The notes beneath the pieces were generated by a model. The model was not told the DNA's origin and searched no databases. It saw nothing but the letters and a program-made list of their open reading frames with translations. Shown piece by piece: positions 33,931 to 45,116 of a stretch of DNA of 54,332 bases (position 1 is the stretch's first letter; each line of letters starts with the position of its first letter). The translations under genes and the position numbers were made by a program. This stretch comes from Priapulus caudatus (taxonomy: Eukaryota), in NCBI RefSeq assembly GCF_000485595.1, contig NW_014577087.1, forward strand, positions 892,933-947,264, written 5' to 3'.

Positions 33931-34105
33931 CGACTGGTTCTCCGCTAGTTGTCACTGCCGTGAAAGCTCCGCCGCCTTCCCCGTATTTCAGAATGTCCTT
34001 GTGCATTTTGAGCTCGTAGTCACCCGAAAAATCTTCTGCCCACCATTTCAGCACGTACGTCAGATCTGACTCGATAGCATCTCTGATCGTGCACCCGTCC
34101 GCCAT
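33931..34105 (-). CDS. Orphan intact GNAT exon 1 (copy G, B-type), 58 codons + 1 nt
   Basis: MADGCTIRDAIESDLTYVLKWWAEDF...TSGEPV ends G|GTACGT. The following intron matches copy B's intron to ~33045 and then diverges. The nearest downstream exon 2 is F's. Confidence 0.65.
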
Positions 34106-35599
34106 GATGCCCTACTACCCAATGTAGCCTATGACTCCGCGTTCACAAATGATTACAACAGGAGCATATGAACTATGTTACATAATGTGAAACATTTTGT
34201 GTACATAAACCTAGGTAATGTGCTCCTTATCAGACAGCGATAGAGTAGCGGACAGTCTATGTAGCGAATAGCTCTAGCCCGTTCTGTTCAGTCACGTATA
34301 TAGGTACTGTCAGGACTAATATAACTTAGCAGCCAAGCAAGCAGGCAGCGGGACCACCTGTCCTAACTTTTGCTTGCTCTTGCGGCCAATAGCGTGTCCT
34401 ACTCATCTCGCCCTCTATACACCTCTCACTGATCAACAGCTGCTTTAGTCCTTACGTGCCGCACCGTTAGGTCCTACGCGTGTCGCTGCGTCCTACGAGG
34501 GTTCGTTGCTCTACGGGCACGCAGGCACACGCTAAGTTTTTTTCTTTAATTGTTTGTTAATTTAATTTTTAATTAAAAATTTTATAAATTTAATTTGTGA
34601 TTATTTTTTTTTAATTTAATTTTTTATTGCATTTTTTTTTTTTATTATCCACGACCAACGACCGTAGGACCAACGTGCTCTACGGTGCACGATACAAAAT
34701 AATACGCTGCATGCACATTAAACTTAACATATTAATAAATGAAATACTAACAATAATAAATATACTGGTCAAAAACTATACACAAGTGGTATTTACACAG
34801 CAGCTGGCTGCTTGTGTAGCTGTACGACAGTACTTCTAAAACTGGTGTATGGTTCACCCAAGGTGACATGAAATTATTTGAAGTACGTGAATGAAACTAG
34901 ACCAAAACATAAAGAGAATTTTGTCAGTGGGTGAATCGAACATTTGTGATAAGCGTCTCAGGGTGCAATGACACTGAAATAGTTAAGAATTATTTTCTTC
35001 CTCTTCCTGCCACTCCTGTCTGGTGCAGTATGCAATGTCATATGAGAAAAGGCGACAGGTACATAATAAAATTTAAGAAAGAAAAAATTTAAGAAAGAAA
35101 AAGTTTAAACAAACTGACCAAGTTGAAGAAATTTAAAGTTGTAAAAAAAAGTTTTATATAAAAAAAAAGAAAGGAAAAAATGATGATTTTTAAAAAATTG
35201 GGCATGTTACCGTCGTACCCCTGGGCGTTACTAATAGGACCGGTCGAGGGACAACTGACCACGTTGAGACGCAAGCGACCGGGGTAGGGGTGGAGACAAC
35301 CGACCGCGCTAGGACTTAGGATCGGCGTCGCCGTGTAGAGGCGCTGTTCGGCGCCGGCTCACAAACCTGGAGCCCCGAAGGCTGGGGGGTGGTGGGTTGT
35401 CTCGCTATCATATCTGGCTTACTTATCAGTGCCCCGTGTTGCAGCCAAGAGAGACATGAGTACAAGATTGGCGTAGCACAGTCGCCGTTTGGCTAGGTTT
35501 GCATCGGAGCGCTGCGAGCTCGGATGAGACAACCGCGCAAAAGACTCCGCGGGAATTTGGCGCACGCGACCGCGGGCGATGTTGACGGTATGAACCGGC

Positions 35600-38500
35600 T
35601 CGTCCGCCAGTGGGAGACGTAGCGCCAAATGCGCAGCGCCGGCGCCACGCTCAAACAGCGGTCAGCAGGATTATGGTCCTGTAGTTTTTAGAGGGGATAA
35701 CAATGCAAGACTTTGTTGTAAAGAAGCAACCAGGCGTTTCTTATACATAAGAGGGAAGCGTACGTAGAGGAGCAGATTTTATATCATCCGGGTTAGGGCC
35801 ATTAGACACCTGCCTCATGAGAGTGACTCTGTAACCTGCTTCCGGGGGGTCCCCGGGGTTTGACAGTGCCGGAAGATGCAGTTAACTTCACGCTCTCCTG
35901 ATCACTGTTAATGGCTGCAAGTGACAAGAACCTGGGTGAAGCTTGCGCTGTCAGCATCTGTTGCTTACAAGAACATCAGGCGTCTTATGAGGCGCCTATA
36001 GTTAGCGGTCGGCAAGATCCGCAGTCGGGTCGGTGCGCAGCGATGGTTCCGGTCGGTAGGTCGCAGTACAGCTTGCCGAGCAGCTCGTCGCGTGTGGGGG
36101 GTATGGCGTTCACTGTGCATGAGTTGAGCGATCGATCTTCGCTAGCTTCAGGAATGGGCTGGCGTGAAGGCGCGGTGGGTCGGGGTGAGGCACGTTGGGG
36201 TGAGTGTTCTCGTGTGGTAGAGTCAGGGGCGAAGAGACGTGCTGTAGTCAGAGACCTGTGTGCTTCTCATAAAGCTTGGTAATTTTAGGGATTACGCAGC
36301 TGGCATGGCGGCAGTTAGGGATGTTCCAGGTGTACGTGCCGCCGCGCGTACGTGCTCAACCCCGTCTGGAGTAACGATACTTCCTATTCGCTCGTGCCCT
36401 CTGATGTCGGCGCTAGGGGGGGCGTACTATGAAGTGAGGCCTATGGTAAGCTTGGACGTCACCGACAACAGCAGAATTGTAGAGAACCTGCAATGAAATA
36501 CGTGTTAGCACTGTCAGATTACCAACGCTGTGACATTTCGTTTCTGGTTAGATTATACGTTACTATAGCGGGCCTTGCATTTGCTCCTTAATTGGCCCGG
36601 TATAGGTAATGAGCTGGCATCTTGCCGCAAAGCTCTACTGCTACTACATGGTTATGTCCGGGTTGGAGCAACGAGATAATAAGTATTAGTGTAACGGAAG
36701 CCTAATCGCGTTCTCCGCTAGGAAGCACTAGTACTGCCGTTGAAAGCTCCGAGAGCGCGTTCGCCCGTATTTCATCGATATTTTAAGCGTTTCAACTTCC
36801 CGAGTCTTCCGCCAAATCGCACTTGCGCTCACCATATTCGATCAACATAAGGCAGCATCTGACTCTTGGCTAGAGGCTCTGACCTACACCGGTCCGCCAT
36901 GATTGTCTATGGCCCAGGTACGAGTGAGAACGCAGTGCTGCCGCGATGGAATGCACGCAGGTGTCTAGATTAGTTTGCTCTCCATGTATGGTATCTATAT
37001 TGCCGCCCAGCCAGCTGAGCTGAAGCGTGCAGATCTCCAGTTAGCATCCCCTGATTCTAGCCTTTGCATTCGCGGTCTGGTGTAAGCAACACATACCCTC
37101 TCAGCACGTTTTTTCCACGACCTTATAATCCCCGCGCTCATCATACGCCTTGAATCACCCATATGTAACGATATGTAATAATCAAAGGACGTAGCTAATA
37201 GAAGATCGTGCCTATTATGTACGTCTTGGGCGTAATAGTCCGGCGGTAAGCAGACTGCAACTTTGACTCCTACGTTTTAAAACTAGTTCGGGGCTCGGAC
37301 TTATTTTTTTGCGGGTGACCAGTTGTGTTACACGGCACTACCGCTGGGGACATATAGAGCCCTGATTCAGCTATAGCATTGCCCGGGAATCGAGTGGCGC
37401 CAGGTTCATAGATTAACATATATACACGATATGCATATATGCCATTCGCTACTATATATGCGGCCCTGCCTGTTGTCGCGCGCTAAACGCGGGGCGCGGG
37501 TGCACGGTGTTTGTATTTAATCGGGGCCAGGCTCGCGAACTAAACTTTCGATTATTGGTTAATATAACATAATAAGAAAATTGTGTGTTTGTGGTGGTGC
37601 TGTGTGTGCTGGGGTTATGTGCTGTGTGTGTGTGTGTGTGTGCTTGCGCAAAGGGGTGTACGTGTGTGCGGTATGTATGTGACTATGTGGTGGCAACATC
37701 CTATAGATGTTATGGCGACTTCTAGGATAGTCTCTCTCTGTCCCCCTCTCCCTCTGGCGGCGGCGTCTTGTTCGCGTCGATGCTGCTGCTGGGCCCGCGC
37801 GTCTCCCCCTTTTAGTCTAGTGGTCTGCGTATATGTATATTACTGCTCATAGCCAGTTTAGCCGTATGGCGGAGGAGCAATGCGAGGGGAAACTCCATTT
37901 CACGTTTAGATTGACTTTTATGACACACATCTGTTTCGTATTTGAATAGGAATCTTGTACGAGATACTTATACTGAGCGACAACAAACGAAGTAAGATGT
38001 CAAAGTTACAGCAGTGTCTTCGAGCTTATAAGTGAACGCACTGTGTAACAGTGTTACGACATTTAAGGTCATATATTAAGTAGATTTTGCATGGCGGCCT
38101 AACAATCCGTTGTGTGAGTAGATCGACGAGTGCTCCTTCCGTGGTGTGGCAGTAGATGTGCTATAAATACCGGATTAACAAGGTTGAATTTGACCAATAT
38201 AATTAATTAGGGCATATTTGATATGAAGGCGCGTGGATGTATCATTCGGTGATGAGTATGTCAGCAGGAAGTCGTATTTGTGCTATTATTCCGCAAGCGC
38301 CCAACATAAATTAGAGAAGAGACACGACTTTTTTCCCTTGCGTAGTTCTCACTTTCTGGCGCTTACGTGGTGTTAGAGTTCGCTGTTAGATGCGGATTGG
38401 GACAGACGCTAGCTCCGTAGATTTTTCCACCCAATCTTACGCGCAGCGTGTGTATGTCATCAGCGCGGTTTTTATAGAAAACAGCATCTCTGGATCCAAT

Positions 38501-39510
38501 TCGGCAGGGCGCATTCAACACGCTGCCTCATCAGATGACTCGTTGCTACGCTGCCCTGCCGCTGTCACGCGCTAGAGTGGCAAGAATGGCCGTAACGTCA
38601 CGCTTCTCCCACCAGTGTTGAGGCCAATGACATAACTGTTACTTGTCTTTAGCAGGGTCTGTGTGTGAACAAACACCCGCTTCTTAATAAGCCGGTGGAG
38701 AACAGGGATCGCAGTGTAGCTCCCGCGGTGCGTGGCCCAGCGGTGGAGGTGGTTCGCGTGTGCGTGAGTCGGAGGGTACAGCTGGTGCTAGCATACTCCT
38801 CGCTGTATGGCGTTTACTTATCAGATATTGGCTTCATCTTGGCGGGCAGCTTCTAGGGGAGAGTCTGCGATCTTTGGGCGGGGTGATCCGCAGCGGAGTG
38901 GTGTAATAACGGGTCGGTGGTAATATGTGAGCGACTCCGTCTGATAAAAACCGTTCTTGGTTGATGCGCCTCCACAACGTTGCATGACAGAGTTGAGAGG
39001 TCGCGAGGATGGTACGGGGCGGCGCTGCTCACGTATGCGTTTGGGTACTCAGCAGCATACGATCCTATCGTGATCCTGCTCATTGTCCACTACGTACTAC
39101 GTGAAATGAACCCAATGGGAAGGAGGCATCGCTCACGTACGTACGAGCGCAAGATGTAGAAAACTGCAATGAGATCACCATAGTAATAGTATAAAGCATG
39201 AGTAGCATTGGATGCAGTAAAGTTTGTGTACTTGTTTTTTAATGTTCATCTATTTTTTTTAATATGGTATAAGCTTGCAGAAACGGTAATATACAATAGG
39301 CTACCTGGTTCCCCGCGGCCCTGGGTAACCTGCCTGTGAAAGGCCACCACCGCCTTTCCGTACGTGGCAATAGGGAGTGGATATGTTTGCATATTGGGCT
39401 CGATGGTCGCTTGTTGGGCAAATTCAAGCCTGCACATTTCAGCACACATTGCTGGCAGATCCGATGCCAATGCATCTCTAAACTCAGTTACACCTTTTCG
39501 CCATGGATGC
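35600..39510 (-). other. Insertion-error-rich duplicate of ~29280-32545 (copies E and F); likely raw long-read gap-fill
   Basis: Collinear with 29280-32545 but noticeably longer because of scattered single-base insertions; no long ORFs. Confidence 0.8.
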
Positions 39511-39550
39511 CCAACTACCGAATGTAGACTTTACATAATATTGATAAAAG

Positions 39551-39585
<35 letters not shown>

Positions 39586-40129
39586 GTGGTGTGGCGGGGG
39601 GGGGTGTGCCTGTTGAGTGTGTGTGCATGTGTCGATGTGTGTGTGTAGTGCTGATGTGTGTGTGTGTGTGTGTGTGGTGTGTGTGTGTGGTCTGTGTGTG
39701 CTCGGTGTGTGTGTGGTGTGGGTGTGTGTTGGGGTGTGTGTGTGCTTGTGCTGTGCTGTGTGTGTGTGTGTGTGTTTGTGTGTACAGCCCAATGATCTAT
39801 AGCATGGTATGGGCGGCTTCTATATCTCTCTGGCTCTTTCTCGTCGTAGCTCTGGGGTGCCTCTCTCTCTCTTCTCGTCCCTCTCTCTTCTTTCTTTCTC
39901 GCTCTCGTGTCTCTCGTCCGATCGTCGGTCGCGCGTCTCGTCTGCTGCGTCGTCTCTCCTCTCTCTCTCGTCGCTCTCTCGCTATTCCGCTTCTCTGCTA
40001 TGTATGTGAGGCTGTGATTCTCTGCGTAGTAGCTATATGCTGCACAGTGCAAGCAAATTCTTACTTGCTACGATGTGCATGCGATGAACATACACGTCAC
40101 GACTATTTCTCAGTTAATCGTCATTGTCC

Positions 40130-40274
40130 GTGATAGTTCGGCCGCCTTCCCCGTATTTCACCATGATCTTGTGCGTTTTGAGCTTCGATTTCTTACGGAA
40201 ATTCAGTTTATTACCCGTTCAACACGTACGTCAGATCTAACTCTTAACTGCCTTACCGTATACACGCAAGCCAT
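40130..40274 (-). pseudogene. Degenerate GNAT exon 1 remnant
   Basis: Plus-strand CCGCCTTCCCCGTATTTCACCATGATCTTGTG...ACGTACGTCAGATCT...GCCATGATG matches exon 1 of B/G, with indels. Confidence 0.6.
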
Positions 40275-40624
40275 GATGCACGACTATAAGCAATGTAACG
40301 TTTAACGTAGCCTTCGTATATAATTACAGCAAGTGCACGTGAACTAGTTTACATGGTATCAGAAGTAGATAATAAGGAATTTCCCTATTATCTACTTCTG
40401 ATGGTATATAAATAAAATTAATGTTCTCTTGATTAGCTGGATATAGCGTACAGTCCATGTAGGGATTGCCCGGTTAGTTCAAGCCTCAGCTAATTTTTCA
40501 GGCTCAGTACGGAGTTCTTTATTGACTGACCAGGCTTTAGCGAGTACAGAGCGGCTAAGAACCCTGATAAAGTGACAACCTGGATCGTAAAATCCGTGTG
40601 CTTTTCGACCTTCGGCCAATCTTT

Positions 40625-40661
<37 letters not shown>

Positions 40662-41474
40662 ACACGCACACGCACACGCACACGCCACACGGACACGCAC
40701 ACGCCACGACGCACACGCCACACGCAACACGCGACACACACACACACACACACACACTCCCTCTCTCTCTCTCTCTTTCTGCTCCCCTTTCTCCATCGTG
40801 CGCGCTCGCTCTCTTTATCCTTATTCCCCTTATTCCTCTTACCCTTAATAATTATTCGGCCTATTTCTACACTTGCTCCGTCTCCGTTACCCTTTCCTTA
40901 ATTTATAATTTCGCACACTATCGCCTTCTCTGTCTCTCTCTCTCTCTCTCTCGAGTGCTTCCTCCACTTCTCTCGCTCGCTAGTCCCGCCACCCATCCCC
41001 GTCTCCCTTATGCCCAATCCCGCACCATAATATTCCTCTCCGCTGCTCTCAATTTCTTCCAAGCTCAGGGAATTTCCGCTACATAGTTGAACGCTTACAT
41101 AGGGCCCTTGAAACAAATAGACGAAATGAGTTTTCAACGAGTGAGAAGTTTTCAGTCGATTTATTTTTATTTTAAATATTTTAACATAATATATTTGTTG
41201 TGCTGAATTCATGCTGCCACCCCTAGTCTGCAATGGGATCATAAAACCAGAGAACCTGTTTCATGAAAATATTAAAGTATTTCACGAATTGATATGTTTA
41301 TATAACTTCTTAGCTAGCTTAGCTGGGATTTGTAAAGATGTAAGCAATTTAATACTCTCTATGATTGCGATCAAACACATTTTTTATGCCTGTAAAGGTG
41401 CGATACGCGGAGGAGCAAACATATTCCTAACATCATCATTACGATTTTCAACGGGATTCGATTCCAAAGAAGTC

Positions 41475-43330
41475 CTAGATAACAAAGACGCCCAAATTAA
41501 GAACAGACGCGACCTTTTCTAATGGTAGCTTCACTTCGTGTTTCGTGTACAGTCGCTTTGTAAGTAAATCGGTGCGAGTTCCAAGCGCCTCTAGCATTCT
41601 TGTCGCTTGTATGTTGTCATCAGGTGTATAGATACTGATCTCTGATGCATCCGGCAGGGCCATTAACACCTGCCTCATCAGATCACTCTGTACCTGCTCC
41701 ATGTCACCGTAGAGTGGACAGATGCTATAATTTATATTGCCGACCATGTTGTTGGCAATGGCAAAACCTGTGATCTTGCCTTCAGCATCTGTCGCTACAA
41801 ACGTCAGCTTCTTATAGGCCTGTATGTATGGACGCAGATAATCTCCGCGGTCGTGCCCAGCGATGGTCCTGTCGTAGTCGAGTACAGCTTGCAGCATCTC
41901 ATCGCTATATGGCATCACTATGATATTAGCATTATCTTCCAGCTTCAGGGATGCTGCGAGCTTGGCGTGATCTACGGTGTAGCGTCGTGTGGTCGTGATG
42001 AACGACTCGACGATGAAGCCTATGCGCGATAGAAGCCTATAATACCTTCAGATAGGAGTNGCCCTATCTCCAGTTCCTCCTCAGTCGTAGCGTACTATGA
42101 GCAAGCCACCGTAAAGCCCTCGTTACCGACTACAGTGCAGCTGCCTCAAAAAAACCTGCAATGAGAGACCATGTATACTTATTATTAACGTACACTCTTC
42201 TGCTTGTGGGTTTTATTTTTATTTGGTGTATTGGGATATAGATTGCAGTACTTAGGCGTACGCACTGATTCCTCGATAGGTTACATTGCCTAGAAAGCTC
42301 TGCCCCTTCATACTACCTAATTAGCATTAACTCATTAACCTCCGATGTATTTGTGAGTGAATTGTGTATGCTGTCGTAGAGCGATCGTAGCAGCGGCGTG
42401 TTGCGACTTGCTGTAACCTTTACCGTTGCTACATCCCCATTCCCATCTGCATCAGCATGTTTTAGCAATAGGTTAATTACAATCACAGGCACTTGGAACG
42501 TTTCAATAATAAAATGATGGTAATGAAACACGTAATGTATTTACTAGCAAAGTCTTAAATGTTTCTTTACTCTCATTCGCCTATTATTTACGATAATTTC
42601 CTGTAAATGCCGTTCAAATGCTCTCCTGCAACCATAGAAATATATAGAGACACTAGCCTAACTATAGTATATTGTTTGCAACACACAAGCACACCGCACG
42701 CACGCCGCTGTGCACAAACAACAAAATTACACGGCAAAACAATACTAAACAAAAACTCGATAATTTGTTTGTTTGTGCCCAGCGGCGTGCGTGCGGTGTA
42801 TTTGTGTGTTGCAGAGGAGCATTTGAACGGCATTAACAGAATCAGGAGTGAATAATAATAGATTATTCACTCCTGACAGACTCCACAATATATTATTCAC
42901 GCATTCTCCTTATTCACTCCTCAATTCTATTATTATTCACTCCGGTCAGAATATTATCATTAATAATATGTGATGGGGAGTAAAGAAACATATTAAGACC
43001 TTGGTAGTAAATACATTTCGTGATTAATTACCATTATTTTATAATTGACACGTTCCAAGTGCCTGTGATTACAATGTGAGCGAATGCGCATGCTTCTGCG
43101 ACGGTATGTGCAGACGAATATATACACGTAGTGAACATGTACGCGACATGGTTCTCCGCTAGTTGTCACTGCGTGGCAAAGCTCCGCCGCTTCCCGTATT
43201 TCAGAATGATTCCTTGTGCATTTTGAGCTCGTAGTCACACGAAAATCTTCTTGCCCACCATTTCAGCACAGCGTACGTCAGATCTGACTCTGTAGCATCC
43301 CTGATGTGCACCCGATCCGCACGATTGATG
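41475..43330 (-). pseudogene. GNAT copy H: divergent exon 2 open from ~42030 to 41475; 5' part and exon 1 (~43142-43330) in noisy sequence, status unresolved
   Basis: GFIVESFITTTRRYTVDHAKLAASLKLEDNANIIVMPYSDEMLQAV...LNLGVFVI*. About 70-80 nt are missing at the single-N join (42060), and the acceptor lies near 42156. Confidence 0.65.
42484..43067. mobile_element. 584-bp MITE with CACAGGCACTTGGAACG termini and 8-bp TSD
   Basis: ATTACAAT|CACAGGCACTTGGAACGTTTCAA ... TTGACACGTTCCAAGTGCCTGTG|ATTACAAT, with an internal nested inverted repeat at ~42607-42835. Confidence 0.88.
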
Positions 43331-44149
43331 CCTAATACCCAAGTAAGATTAGCTATGGACTCTCCGCGTTCACAAATGATTACAACAGGAAGCATATTGA
43401 ACTATGTTACATAATGTGAACATTTTGTGAATAACCTACGTAATGTGTAATGTGTACATAAACTACTCACGACAGATAAAGAAGCGTCAGTCTATGTAGC
43501 GATAACTCTAGGTTCAGTCCAGTCACGTATATCGGTGTACTGTCAGACTAAGTGAGCAGCTAGATCATAGCGGAGGCGTAGCGGAAGTAAAACATTGTCT
43601 ACTGCTTGCTGCTCTTGGGCTACTGGCGTGTCCTTCTCATTCCCCTCTCTACGCCCTTCCGACTGATCTATCTATATCATAAGATAATATGTTATATATT
43701 AATTTAGAGAGCTCCCCTCTCTCGCGCGTGCAACTCGCAAGGACTCTTTATCCACCCTCTCACTTTTCTTTCTATTGGACACTTGCCTTCGTCTCCTCTT
43801 TCGTGTCTCTCTCTACATTTCCCCCTTTTCACGCTATTGTATCATTTTTCATTTAATTCTTTGTTGTCTTCTCTCCAGTGTTTTTTCCCGCTCTCTCCTT
43901 CTCTCGTATTCCCTCCGTCCATCCCTCACTCTTATATCCCAATCGCGCTCTATCCGCCACCATAATGCCCCTCCCATGGCTCTCAACTATCCGTCACAAC
44001 CCTTACGGGGGAATATTCCTGAAGCTAATGGCTCTTGTGCAAAGCAAATCGAGTGCAAAGTAAAATTCTTCATTAATATTTATATTTATTATAAGTAAAA
44101 AGATTTCCTTTGTTGAGCTGAATGTTACGTGCCACCGGTACTCGTGATT

Positions 44150-44151
44150 GT

Positions 44152-44186
<35 letters not shown>

Positions 44187-44830
44187 TGTTGTTGTTGTGT
44201 GTGTGTGTGCATGATGTGTGTGTGCCTGTTGTGCATTGTGTGTGTGGCTGTGTGTGTTGTGTGTCGTGTGCTCTAAATGTGTGTGTGTGTGTGTGTGTGT
44301 GTGTGGAGTGGTGCATGTGTGTGTCGGTGTGTGTGATGTGTGGATGTGTGTGTGTGTGTGTGTGTGGGTGGTGCATGTGGTGTGTCGTGTGTGTGTGTGC
44401 CCGTGCGTAGCGTGCGTTTCTGGTGCCTTGCGGGTCGCCGTGTCGTGCATGCCGTCATGCGTTGCGTCGGTCTGTGCGTCGGCTGTGTGACCCCCCCGTT
44501 GTGTAATGTGTGTTGTGTTGGTGTGGTGTGATGTGTTGGTGTGTGTGTGTGTGTGTGTGTGTTGTGTGCATGTGTGTGTGTGTGTGTGTAAGTGTCGGTG
44601 TGGGCGTGCAGTGCTGTTTTCGTGGTCGGGGTGTGTTGCAGTGCGTTGCGTGCGGTGTGCGTGTGTGCGTGTGTGTATGTGTGCATTTGTGTGTGTGTGT
44701 GTGCTGTGTGTGCTGTGTGTGCTCTGTGTGTCGGGTGTTCGTGTGTGTGATGTGTGTCCAGTGTGATGATGTGGTGTGTTCCAATTCGTCTGTGTTGTGT
44801 CTGTGCGTATACGGTGTGGTGTGTGTGCTA
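44150..44830. repeat. Degenerate (TG)n microsatellite tract (others at 12900-13020, 30953-31000, 39552-39785, 40626-40757, 51465-51548)
   Basis: Directly visible dinucleotide runs; they account for the spurious CVCV/HTHT ORFs. Confidence 0.95.
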
Positions 44831-45116
44831 CCGAGAAATCTATGGTCCGCCGTCTCTGCTTTGCTCAGTATATTGCCATTACATTTACCTACCATACAGC
44901 TCACGCTCAATAGTAGGATGGGCTAGCTGACCTTTTTCAATGATTATACACTTTTCAGCATTTAGAGGTGATACACGGAGGAACAGAACCTTTCCTAACA
45001 TCTTTATAACGATTTACAAAGTAAAAATCTATTTCCAATGAAAGTTCTAGATCGAAGAAGATATCCAGATTAAAGAACAGATATGACTTGTTCAATTGTA
45101 GTTTTCACCCTCGTTC

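Noticed and set aside
20132..34105. Bacterial contamination or recent horizontal transfer of GNAT genes
   Set aside because: Conserved spliceosomal introns and interleaved eukaryotic repeats show genuine nuclear genes. Ancient transfer cannot be judged without a phylogeny.
34440..35350. Possible TIR element with T-rich and A-rich mirrored flanks and CTACG-like subterminal motifs
   Set aside because: Sequence is too noisy to define termini or a TSD.
35600..39510. Additional ancient GNAT pseudogenes
   Set aside because: Uniform single-base-insertion noise across exons, introns and spacers fits raw long-read error rather than evolutionary decay, so these were not counted as independent genes.
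39484..44926. Long Cys/Val- and His/Thr-rich ORFs
   Set aside because: They are translations of (TG)n/(CA)n microsatellites.
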